This document shows, piece after piece, positions 39,813-47,784 of a stretch of 53,849 bases of DNA. Each line of letters starts with the position of its first letter. Position 1 is the stretch's first letter. The notes below the pieces were generated by a model. That model saw nothing but the letters and a program-made list of their open reading frames with translations, ran no database searches and was not told the DNA's origin. A program made the translations under genes and the position numbers. The stretch is from an uncultured Actinomycetes bacterium (GTDB lineage: Bacteria; Actinomycetota; UBA4738; HRBIN12). The DNA is taken from positions 1 to 53,849 of the forward strand of contig CAZMNP010000137.1 of assembly GCA_964567675.1 (NCBI GenBank), read 5' to 3'.

Positions 39813-40295
39813 TCAGGAGAGGAAAGGCTCCCATTCGGGCTCGAGGCGGCCGAGCGAGAGGCGGAACCCGTCGCGCGGCGCATACGGACGCTGGGTGAGG
39901 CGCAGGCCGGCATCCTCGATCAGCCGGTTCTCCTTCTTGGAGTTGCAACGCCGGCAGGCCGCAACCACGTTGTCCCAGGCATGCGCTCCACCTCGGGACT
40001 TCGGCACCACGTGATCCAGGTTCTCCGCCGGTGCCCCGCAGTACTGGCACGTCCAGCCGTCGCGCGCGAAGACGGCGCGCCGGGTGAGCGGTGCCTGAGC
40101 CCGATAGGGGACGCGCACGAAGCGGCGGAGCCGGAGAACCGACGGCGCGTCCATCGCGACGTGCTCGGACCGGTAGACCTCGCCGTTAAAGACGAGCACC
40201 TCGGCCTTCTCTTTCAGCACGAGCACGACCGCCCTCCGCGCAGACACCACTGCGAGAGGCTGGTGTGTCGCGTTGAGCACCAATGTTCTGCCCAT
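39813..40295 (-). CDS. HNH endonuclease family protein
   Basis: ATG 40295 gives 160 aa with CQYCG...NLDHVVPKSRGGAHAWDNVVAACRRCNSKK, i.e. an HNH motif with two CxxC pairs. The track ORF (to 40733) is over-extended. Confidence 0.85.
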   Translation of the reverse strand: MGRTLVLNATHQPLAVVSARRAVVLVLKEKAEVLVFNGEVYRSEHVAMDAPSVLRLRRFVRVPYRAQAPLTRRAVFARDGWTCQYCGAPAENLDHVVPKSRGGAHAWDNVVAACRRCNSKKENRLIEDAGLRLTQRPYAPRDGFRLSLGRLEPEWEPFLS

Positions 40296-40307
40296 CTGGG
40301 TGACGCG

Positions 40308-40313
40308 AGTATA
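40308..40313 (-). promoter_or_regulatory. candidate -10 hexamer TATACT for the HNH gene (near-leaderless transcript)
   Basis: Minus strand reads gcgTATACTcgcgtcacccagATG. The hexamer ends 12 nt before the start codon and there is no SD in between. Pattern match only. Confidence 0.2.
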
Positions 40314-40608
40314 CGCACGCACGCCCGCGAAACCTGATGGATGCTTGAACCCGGTGAATCCCAGTGGTGTGATTCGAGGCGGCGGCGGTTGCCGTGCTCG
40401 ACGGGACGCCTGGAATAGCGAACAAGGGGCCGCGCGGGGCGTCCAGCGACCGGGTACAGCACCGCCGCCTTTGACTTTCCCATCGCCGTGACCATCACTC
40501 GGCTCCTTACGGGGACGGCAACTGGGGAACCGGGGAGTCCGGCGGGGCGTCACAGGCGAATGGCCCGAGGGGAACCACCAGCCTTTGCGATACGTACACC
40601 TCGGTAAG

Positions 40609-41616
40609 ATGTCCGAGCCCCGATCCCCGGAGGTGCCGTTGCAGGCCCCAGAGGAACCGACCCCGGACTGGCAGCGCTTCGCGGAACGCTTCCACCTGAT
40701 CGAGCAGAACGTCGAGCGCGTGATCCAGGGCAAGCACCGCGAGATCCGTCTCGCGCTCGCCGCCCTCGTTGCGGAGGGTCACGTGCTGATCGAGGACGTG
40801 CCCGGCGTCGGCAAGACGATGCTGGCGAAGGCCATCGCGCGTTCGATCGACTGTTCCTTCCGGCGGATCCAGTTCACTCCGGACCTCCTGCCGTCCGACG
40901 TGACCGGGGTCAACGTGTTCAACCAGGAACGGGGCGACTTCGAGTTCCGGCCGGGGGCGATCTTCGCCAACGTGGTGCTGGGCGACGAGATCAACCGCGC
41001 GAGCCCCAAGACCCAGTCGGCGATGCTCGAGTGCATGGAGGAGCGACAGATCACCGTGGACACCGAGACGTATCAGCTCGGGAGCCCGTTCATGGTGATC
41101 GCCACGCAGAACCCGATCGAGCACGAGGGCACCTATCCGTTGCCCGAGGCCCAGCTCGACCGGTTCATGATGCGGATCGGGATCGGGTATCCCTCGGCGG
41201 AGGTCGAGGCGGAGATCCTCGCGACCCACGGCGTGCGTTCCACGCTGCCCGACATCGAAGCGGTCGCCGACGCGTTGGGCGTTCGCGAGATGATCGAGCA
41301 GGCCCGCGGGGTCCACGTCTCCCCCAGCGTCCGCCGATACATCGTGGATCTCGTCGAGGCGACGCGGCGAAGTCCGGACGTCTACCTGGGTGCGAGCCCG
41401 CGGGCCTCGATCATGCTCCTGCGCGCAGCGCGTGCGGTCGCGGCCGCCGAGGAGCGCGACTACGTGATCCCCGACGATGTGAAGAAGCTCGCGACCCCGG
41501 TGCTCGCGCACCGGGTGATCGTGACCGCCGACGCCGTCATGGGTGGACGGACATCCCAGGCGGTGCTCGAGTCCCTGGTGAACGAGGTCGCGGTACCGGT
41601 GACCGGGACGGCCTGA
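40609..41616 (+). CDS. MoxR-family AAA+ ATPase
   Basis: Walker A GVPGVGKT, Walker B VLGDEINRA, and ATQNPIEHEGTYPLPEAQLDRF. I prefer ATG 40609 over the TTG at 40585 used by the track. Confidence 0.9.
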   Translation: MSEPRSPEVPLQAPEEPTPDWQRFAERFHLIEQNVERVIQGKHREIRLALAALVAEGHVLIEDVPGVGKTMLAKAIARSIDCSFRRIQFTPDLLPSDVTGVNVFNQERGDFEFRPGAIFANVVLGDEINRASPKTQSAMLECMEERQITVDTETYQLGSPFMVIATQNPIEHEGTYPLPEAQLDRFMMRIGIGYPSAEVEAEILATHGVRSTLPDIEAVADALGVREMIEQARGVHVSPSVRRYIVDLVEATRRSPDVYLGASPRASIMLLRAARAVAAAEERDYVIPDDVKKLATPVLAHRVIVTADAVMGGRTSQAVLESLVNEVAVPVTGTA

Positions 41617-41617
41617 C

Positions 41618-42850
41618 GTGCCCTCGGGGCGAGGCGCGATCGTCTTCGCCGCCGCGATCGGGCTGTGGGCCGCCGGGCGCGTCGCGGGATCTCCGACACT
41701 CCACATGATCGCCGTGGGCCTCGTCGTTCTCCCGTTCGCCACCTCGCTGTTCGCGCGGTGGAGCCGGCAGCGGCTGCGCGTCAGACGGAGCGTCTCCGAC
41801 ACGCGGATCCAGCCTGGGCAGCGGGCGTACGTGGAACTCGAGGTCGAGAACCTCTCGCCGACGCCAACCTCCTTCCTCCTGATCGAGGACCGCCTGCCCG
41901 CAGCGCTCGGGCGGCCGGCGCGTCTCGTCATCGCCTCGCTCCACGGGAAGGCGCGACAGCGGGTGCGGTATTCGCTCACGCCGCGACAGCGCGGACGCTA
42001 CATGCTGGGACCGCTCACGATCGACCTGTCCGACCCGTTCGCGCTCACCCGGCTCCGTGTTGAGTTCGACGATCGCGACGAGCTCGTCGTCGCACCGGAG
42101 GTCGAGAGCCTCGCGGGAGGCCCGGACTCGCCGTTCGGGATGGCCAGCGGGCTGGCGCTCGCGAAGCACCTGTTCCGGACGGGCGACGAGTTCTACACGA
42201 TGCGCTCGTACGTCGAGGGAGACGACCTGCGACGGATCCACTGGCCGAGCGTCGCGCGGAGCGGCCAGCTGATGATCCGCCAGGACGAGTCCACGCGCCG
42301 TTCGACCGCGGTGCTCTTCGTGGACACGCGCGACGCAGCCGTCGGCCCGACCCATTCGCCGTGCTTCGAGAAGGTCGTGTCTGCCGCGGCCTCGCTCGGC
42401 GTGCTCCTCCTTCGGTACGGGTTCTCGCTGAAGCTCGCGACCGCGCAGCTGCACCCACAGCGGGTCGGCGAGGAGCAGCTCCTCGATACCCTCGCCGGGA
42501 TCTCCCATCACACCTCCCGAGCCCTGTCGACCGGGCTCGGGCGCCTCCGATCGGTCGCGGCGAGCGACACCACCCTGATCGTGGTCGGCTCGCCGCCTCC
42601 GCCCACCGAACTCACGGCGCTGATCCGCACCGGGGCGACGTTCGGACCCAAGGTCGGCGTGTTCGTCCATCCGACGGAGCCGGAAACGCTTCCGCCGGAG
42701 CGCCGCGCCCAGCTCGAGGGGCGCGCGTCGCAGGCACGGCTGTCGATGTCCCGTTCGGGCTGGGAGATCGTGGTCCTCCCGCCCTCGGCCAGATTGCGAG
42801 AGGTATGGCTAGCCAACAGGACGCGTCCCCCGGTCGTCAGCGGCTCGTAG
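41618..42850 (+). CDS. DUF58 domain protein (MoxR partner, vWA-like)
   Basis: GTG lies 1 nt after the moxR stop. Two N-terminal TM segments. DUF58 signature DDLRRIHWPSVARSGQLMIRQDE. Confidence 0.85.
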   Translation: MPSGRGAIVFAAAIGLWAAGRVAGSPTLHMIAVGLVVLPFATSLFARWSRQRLRVRRSVSDTRIQPGQRAYVELEVENLSPTPTSFLLIEDRLPAALGRPARLVIASLHGKARQRVRYSLTPRQRGRYMLGPLTIDLSDPFALTRLRVEFDDRDELVVAPEVESLAGGPDSPFGMASGLALAKHLFRTGDEFYTMRSYVEGDDLRRIHWPSVARSGQLMIRQDESTRRSTAVLFVDTRDAAVGPTHSPCFEKVVSAAASLGVLLLRYGFSLKLATAQLHPQRVGEEQLLDTLAGISHHTSRALSTGLGRLRSVAASDTTLIVVGSPPPPTELTALIRTGATFGPKVGVFVHPTEPETLPPERRAQLEGRASQARLSMSRSGWEIVVLPPSARLREVWLANRTRPPVVSGS

Positions 42851-45126
42851 CGGCCGCGGCCGTCTCGGCGCTCGCGGTCGCGACGGCGTTCGCGTTCGGT
42901 CGCGTATTCGTCGGCCGCGCGCCGGTGCTGTCCCTCATCGCGGCGGCACTGGCCTCCGTGCTGATCGCCGGGGCTTGCGAGCGGCGAGGTCTCGGCCTGT
43001 CGCTCCTCGCGAGCGCCGTCGGACTCGCCGTCGCACTGACGTGGATCGTGTACCCGCAGACCGGGTGGTACGGCCTGCCGACGCTCCGAACCCTTCGCGC
43101 CGTGGGACGCTCGCTGGAGTTCGTGGCCCAACAGGCCAAGGTCCAGGTCGCGCCGACGCCGCCGTTCGCTCCGCTCCTGCTGGCGGGGGTCACGGCGACC
43201 TGGACCGCGGCGTTCTCGACCCACGCGCTGGCGATCCGAGCGGGCAGCCCGCTCCTCGCGGTCCTGCCCTCGGTCGCGCTCGTCGGGTTCGCCGACACGG
43301 TGCTCGACGACGGCGCCCGGCCCGTCTACGCCATCACCTTCCTGCTGGCGGCGCTCGCCGTCGTCTTCGTGGACGGTCTTCGGCGAGTGCGGCAGTGGGG
43401 ACCGATCTGGTCGTCGCTCCGGAGCCGGCGCCTCTCGGCCGTCGCCTCCCGTGGCGCCCGGCAGGTCGCGACGCTCGCCGTGCTCGCGGCGGTGCTGGTC
43501 CCCTGGCTGTTGCCGGGCTTCGGGTCGGCGGCGCTCGTGGACTTCTCCACCGCCGGCGGCGACGGGGTCCGGCTCGATCCGTTCGTCTCGATCCAAGCGC
43601 AGCTCGAGGGGAGCGACCCGGTCGACCTTTTCAAGGTGGAGTCTTCGGCCGGGCCCGCCTACTGGCGGCTGTACGCGCTCGACGCGTTCGACGGCACGAC
43701 GTGGAGCAGCACCGATCCCCGCGCCGAAGAGCGCGGCCAGGTGCTCGGCTCCGACGCGCTCCTGCCCACGCAGCCGTTCCCGACGTCCTCCGAGACCTTG
43801 GTGCAGCGATACGAGGTGCTCCGCGACATCGGCGACCCGTGGCTGCCGATGGCCCATCCGGCCGAGTCCGTGACGGTTCCGCTCTCGGAGATCCGCTACC
43901 AAGAGGATCTCGCGAGCGCCGTCGTCGACGGCGGGCTCGACGAAGGGCTCGAGTACACCGTCACGTCCCGCATCGTCGCGCCCACAGGCCAAGAGCTGGA
44001 TGCGGTGGAGTTCCAGCCGCCGGCCGAGTACGGGCGGTACACCCTCGTTCCCGCGACCGTCGATCTCCGGGTTCGCGACATCGCGCTCCGATGGGCCCTC
44101 GACGCCGGATCGCCCGCCTCCCCGTACCGGCAGGTCCTCGCGATCGAGCAGCACCTGCGCACCGAGTTCGAGTACACCCTCGACGTCGAGCCGGCATCGG
44201 ACGCCGACGCGCTCCTGGAGTTCCTCCGGGTCTCGCGCCGAGGCTTCTGCCAGCAGTTCGCGACCGCGATGGCGATCTTGGTCCGAGAGCTCGGATACCC
44301 CGCGCGGGTCGCGGTCGGGTACCGGGAGGGCACCGCGAACGGCAACACCTACCTCGTACAGAGCAAGGAAGCCCACGCCTGGGTCGAGGTCTACTTCGAG
44401 GGCTACGGCTGGTTGCCCTTCGAACCCACCCCGGGCCGCTCGAACCCGATCGACGAGCCGGGGACGTACCTGAACCCGATCGCGCCCACCTCGCCGGGCG
44501 GTTCGGAGCTGCCCGGAGGTGAGGGGGCGAACGCGGGAGCGGGTGCGGGCATCGGCACCGATTGCACGACCGAGAACGGTCGACCCGTGCCGGCGCAGCT
44601 TTGCGGTCCCGATTCCACGATCGTCGGGGACCCCGGACGAGGCGGAGGACCCGGGTTCAGCGGAGGGTTCCCCACGCTGGAACCGGTCGACGAGCGCGGG
44701 TACTCGATCCCTTACCGGTGGATCCTGCTCGGCGTGGGAGCCGTCGCCGGGTTGCTGCTCTTGATCACGCCGATCGCGAAATGGGTCTGGCGACGCCGGC
44801 TCCTGCGGGCGCCTCGTAACCCCCGCGACCGGATCCTTGCGACGTACCGCGTGTTCGACGGGAAGGCCGCGGACCTCGGCCTGGGCCGGCGCGATGGCGA
44901 GACGCTCGAGGAGCACCGCGCGCGCCTGTCGGCGGCGGCGGCGCTCTCAGACGGGCATCTGAGTCACTTGGCGGCACTCGCGGTGCGAGCCGCCTATTCG
45001 GCAGACCCACCCTCGCCAGCGGATGCGAGTCAGGCGTTGCGCGACGCGAGGACGGCGATCGGCGACCTTCGACGAGACGCCGGGTGGGTCCGCCGCATCG
45101 TCGGCACCTACCGCCCCGGCGTCTGA
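42805..45126 (+). CDS. transglutaminase-domain membrane protein (TgpA-like)
   Basis: ATG 42805 gives 773 aa. Multi-TM N-terminal region, transglutaminase core RRGFCQQFATAM...EAHAWVEVYF...WLPFEPT, and a C-terminal TM plus DUF4129-like tail. It overlaps the DUF58 gene by 46 nt. Confidence 0.85.
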   Translation: MASQQDASPGRQRLVAAAAVSALAVATAFAFGRVFVGRAPVLSLIAAALASVLIAGACERRGLGLSLLASAVGLAVALTWIVYPQTGWYGLPTLRTLRAVGRSLEFVAQQAKVQVAPTPPFAPLLLAGVTATWTAAFSTHALAIRAGSPLLAVLPSVALVGFADTVLDDGARPVYAITFLLAALAVVFVDGLRRVRQWGPIWSSLRSRRLSAVASRGARQVATLAVLAAVLVPWLLPGFGSAALVDFSTAGGDGVRLDPFVSIQAQLEGSDPVDLFKVESSAGPAYWRLYALDAFDGTTWSSTDPRAEERGQVLGSDALLPTQPFPTSSETLVQRYEVLRDIGDPWLPMAHPAESVTVPLSEIRYQEDLASAVVDGGLDEGLEYTVTSRIVAPTGQELDAVEFQPPAEYGRYTLVPATVDLRVRDIALRWALDAGSPASPYRQVLAIEQHLRTEFEYTLDVEPASDADALLEFLRVSRRGFCQQFATAMAILVRELGYPARVAVGYREGTANGNTYLVQSKEAHAWVEVYFEGYGWLPFEPTPGRSNPIDEPGTYLNPIAPTSPGGSELPGGEGANAGAGAGIGTDCTTENGRPVPAQLCGPDSTIVGDPGRGGGPGFSGGFPTLEPVDERGYSIPYRWILLGVGAVAGLLLLITPIAKWVWRRRLLRAPRNPRDRILATYRVFDGKAADLGLGRRDGETLEEHRARLSAAAALSDGHLSHLAALAVRAAYSADPPSPADASQALRDARTAIGDLRRDAGWVRRIVGTYRPGV

Positions 45127-45150
45127 GCTCCTGCGGAAACGGCCTACGGG

Positions 45151-45633
45151 TTACGAACCGGTCTGTGCGTGCGCCGCCGCCTCGCGCAGCGCGCGGACGA
45201 ACCGGTCGCGATCCTCCTTGAACTGGCCGACCTTGGACTCGACCCCCGTCGCGATCTCGTCGATCGCGACGAAGAAGGCCAGCTGCCCTTCGCGGAGCGC
45301 GTCGATGATCTCGCCGTTGCGCCGGGCGACTTTGAAGATGCTCACGCCGTCCGTGATGAGCTTGACCTCCGACAGGTGCCGGTCCAGGTGCGCCCGGCGG
45401 TTCAGGTAGTCCCACGCCCGCCGCACCCGCTGCAGCGACATCCCGCTATCCAGCAGCGACTTGACGACCTTCAGCGCTACCAGGTCGCGGAACGCGTACA
45501 TCCGGGGCACGCCCGGCCTTCCCCCGGTGCGTTGGACGCTCGGTCTGACGAGACCGATCTGATCCCAATAGCGGAGCTGACGTGGCGTGCAACCCGTGAA
45601 CTTGGTGGCTTGATGCGCGGTGAATCCCTCCAT
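45151..45633 (-). CDS. MerR-family transcriptional regulator
   Basis: 160 aa. N-terminal HTH FTAHQATKFTGCTPRQLRYWDQIGLV with a wing RMYAFRDLVALKVV. The C-terminal approximately 90 aa have unknown function. Confidence 0.8.
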   Translation of the reverse strand: MEGFTAHQATKFTGCTPRQLRYWDQIGLVRPSVQRTGGRPGVPRMYAFRDLVALKVVKSLLDSGMSLQRVRRAWDYLNRRAHLDRHLSEVKLITDGVSIFKVARRNGEIIDALREGQLAFFVAIDEIATGVESKVGQFKEDRDRFVRALREAAAHAQTGS

Positions 45634-45840
45634 CAGAACGTGCGCCCTCCGAGACGATCCGTCACTCCACGACCAACACTGCGGTCCGTCAGCGTCGCCG
45701 AGGGAGAAGGCCCGACGTGCGATTGACGGTCACGCCCCTGGGGAAGGTGAGGCAAGTTGTACTGCTTCGGCCTCGCTCCATGCAAGCGCGCAGCGAGAAG
45801 CCCTGAAACTTTTCATGTCGAATATCGTTCGGCGCGCGCA

Positions 45841-45890
45841 GATCGAGTCGGCGCTCAGGATCCGGGATCGAGTCGGCGCTCAGGATCCGG
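45841..45890. repeat. perfect 25-bp tandem duplication (2 copies) spanning the DUF3040 stop codon
   Basis: gatcgagtcggcgctcaggatccgg at 45841-45865 is repeated exactly at 45866-45890. Each copy contains a GGATCC palindrome and a TGA in the minus sense. Confidence 0.95.
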
Positions 45891-46266
45891 GAGCGCTCGG
45901 TGGCGGCTTCGGCCGATCGCGGATCCGCTCGGCGAGCCGGGCTAGGAGGCCGGCGAGCGAGAAACGGCCGGACTGCTGCTGGATCGCGCGCACCTGGTCT
46001 CGCCCGAGTTGCTTCAGATACCGCCAGCCGAGGAGCGACGATGCGAGCATCACACCGAATCCCACCACCGCGACGGACAGCGATGCCCAGAACGACATCA
46101 GCATCACGAACCCGACAAGGAACCCGAGGATCGACCACCGGATCCGCCGGGCAAGGTGGGTGTAGAGCGAGGTTCGGCTCACCTGCTCGGCCAGCCGCGG
46201 GTCCTCCTCGGCGAGGCGCTGTTCGATCTCCTCGAGGATCCGCTGTTCGTCCGGCGACAGTGGCAT
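45880..46266 (-). CDS. DUF3040 family membrane protein
   Basis: 128 aa. N-terminus MPLSPDEQRILEEIEQRLAEEDPRLA is typical of DUF3040, followed by two TM helices. ATG overlaps the upstream polymerase stop by 1 nt (TGATG). Confidence 0.8.
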   Translation of the reverse strand: MPLSPDEQRILEEIEQRLAEEDPRLAEQVSRTSLYTHLARRIRWSILGFLVGFVMLMSFWASLSVAVVGFGVMLASSLLGWRYLKQLGRDQVRAIQQQSGRFSLAGLLARLAERIRDRPKPPPSAPGS

Positions 46267-47573
46267 CAGGTCCGTGTTCCTTTGCGTCCTCGGCCGGCTC
46301 GGCCGGCGTCCGTTGGGTTGATTATAGGAACGACCTCGCCATCGGGAAGGGGTGGGCCAAGGGACGGGCCGAGGGACGGGCCAGGGGACGGGCCAGGGGA
46401 CGGGAGGGACCGGCGCTCTCGACGGTCGAGCAATGCCGCCGGCACCGCGCTGCCCAGGCCGAACCGCTTGTCGATCCGGTCCACGGCACGCTCGACGTCG
46501 CCCCAGCGCTCACCCCGGAGCAGCGCGAGCTGCTCTTCGCCCGCAGGAACCAGTCCCGTCGCCGCCACGCCGAGCAGTCTCACGCGACGCCGGGCGCCGG
46601 GGAGGGCACGGAAAAGCTCGGCCGCGACGTGATTGATGTCCGCGGCCACGTCCGTCGCCGGCTCCGTGGTTCGAGACCGGGTGAGCGTGGTGAAGTTCGC
46701 GAGCCGCACCTTCAACGTCACGGTCCGAGCGCGATAGCCGTCCTCGCGGAGCCGGGCCCCGACCCGTTGGGAGAGCGCGAGGATCTCGTGGAGCAGGTCC
46801 TGTGCGTCGTCCAGATCGTGGTCGAACGTCTCCTCGTGGCTCACCGACTTCGGCGACTCGTAGGGAACGACCGCCCGAACGTCGCCGCCCCGCGCGAGTT
46901 CCTGCAGGTCTTTCGCGTGCTGGTCGCCGAGGAGCCGGCCGAGGACGACGTGCGGCAGCCGACCGAGGTCACCGACGGTCTTCACCCCCAAGCGTGAGAG
47001 CACGTCCATCGTCTTCTCGCCGACCCCCCAGAGCGCGCGAGCCGGCAGGGGCTCGAGGAAGGCCTGGACCGCATCGTCGGCGACCGCTACCAGGCCGTCG
47101 GGTTTCGCGTGCTCGGAAGCGAGCTTCGCGATCAGTTTGTTCGGTCCGACGCCCACGGAGCAGGTGATGCCGAGGTCATCTCGCACGTCGGCGCGAACCC
47201 GCTCGCCTATCGTGACCGGGTCGCCGAACAGCAGGATCGCCCCGGACACGTCCAGGAACGCCTCGTCGAGCGCGATCGGCTCCACGAGCGGGGTGACGGC
47301 GAGCAAGATCTCGCGGAACCGGTTGGAGTGGGTTCGGTATGCATCGAAGTCCGGCGCGACGAAGACCGCGTCCGGACACAGGCGCCGGGCTCGGACCGCA
47401 GGCATCGCGCTCCGGATCCCGAACGCACGCGCCTCGTACGAGGCCGACATCACGACGCCGCGCGCCCCCGCGCCGCCGACGACGACAGGCTTGCCGGCCA
47501 GGCTCGGATCCTTGCGGACCTCGACCGATGCGTAGAACGCGTCGAGGTCGACGTGCAGGATGGGCTCGGTCAC
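46266..47573 (-). CDS. dinB: Y-family DNA polymerase (DinB / Pol IV-like, catalytic residues intact) with about 49-aa low-complexity C-terminal tail
   Basis: GTG 47573 gives ILHVDLDAFYASVE, SYEARAFGIRSAMP, and ALDEAFLDVSG, so the catalytic Asp/Glu residues are present. The little-finger domain ends near VDRIDKRFG, followed by a Pro/Gly/Ser repeat tail. The track start at 47726 adds 51 residues with poorer codon bias. Confidence 0.88.
   Translation of the reverse strand: MTEPILHVDLDAFYASVEVRKDPSLAGKPVVVGGAGARGVVMSASYEARAFGIRSAMPAVRARRLCPDAVFVAPDFDAYRTHSNRFREILLAVTPLVEPIALDEAFLDVSGAILLFGDPVTIGERVRADVRDDLGITCSVGVGPNKLIAKLASEHAKPDGLVAVADDAVQAFLEPLPARALWGVGEKTMDVLSRLGVKTVGDLGRLPHVVLGRLLGDQHAKDLQELARGGDVRAVVPYESPKSVSHEETFDHDLDDAQDLLHEILALSQRVGARLREDGYRARTVTLKVRLANFTTLTRSRTTEPATDVAADINHVAAELFRALPGARRRVRLLGVAATGLVPAGEEQLALLRGERWGDVERAVDRIDKRFGLGSAVPAALLDRRERRSLPSPGPSPGPSLGPSLGPPLPDGEVVPIINPTDAGRAGRGRKGTRT
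46321..46326 (-). promoter_or_regulatory. consensus TATAAT -10 hexamer inside the polymerase tail: possible internal promoter for the DUF3040 gene
   Basis: Minus strand reads ggtcgttccTATAATcaaccc, about 55 nt upstream of the DUF3040 ATG, within a local low-GC patch. Pattern match only. Confidence 0.3.
46349..46408. repeat. 12-bp tandem repeat (about 5 units, consensus gggacgggccag) inside the polymerase tail
   Basis: ggggtgggccaa gggacgggccga gggacgggccag gggacgggccag gggacgggaggg. It encodes PSPGPSPGPSLGPSLGP on the minus strand. A 9-bp duplication ctcggccgg x2 lies at 46289-46306. Confidence 0.9.
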
Positions 47574-47784
47574 ACGGTCTCTCGGCACGTTCTTGGAGGG
47601 TACTCCTGACGTGGGTGGCGGCCGGTGCCTCGCGCCGCTTGCATCAGAGATGACGGCGCTTCGCGAGACACTGGGCGCCACGGCCAGTTGTGACACGGTC
47701 CGCGAGCCGGCCGGGCGACGGGTCACGTCCTCACCGCGGCCATCTGTGATGCGCTCCGCGAGCCATCTATCGCACCCCTACGTC

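Noticed and set aside
42508-44916. 802-aa minus-strand ORF antisense to the transglutaminase gene
   Set aside because: The plus-strand frame carries the TM segments and the transglutaminase core. The antisense product is Arg/Gly/Glu low-complexity.
45818-45832. LexA-box-like sequence TCGAATATCGTTCGG upstream of the MerR gene
   Set aside because: The half-sites are separated by 3 nt rather than 4 and the first half is GAAT. This does not fit TCGAAC-N4-GTTCGA, so it is probably a chance palindrome.
46289-46408. Tandem repeats considered as a possible CRISPR or mobile-element signature (also 45841-45890)
   Set aside because: The units are 9-25 bp, directly abutting with no spacers, and number only 2-5 copies. 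No cas or transposase genes are present. These are simple tandem duplications.
46266-47573. Possibility that the Y-family gene next to dnaE2 is ImuB
   Set aside because: ImuB lacks the catalytic acidic residues. This protein retains DLDAFY and LDEAFLD, and it lies downstream rather than upstream of dnaE2, so I call it a DinB-like active polymerase.
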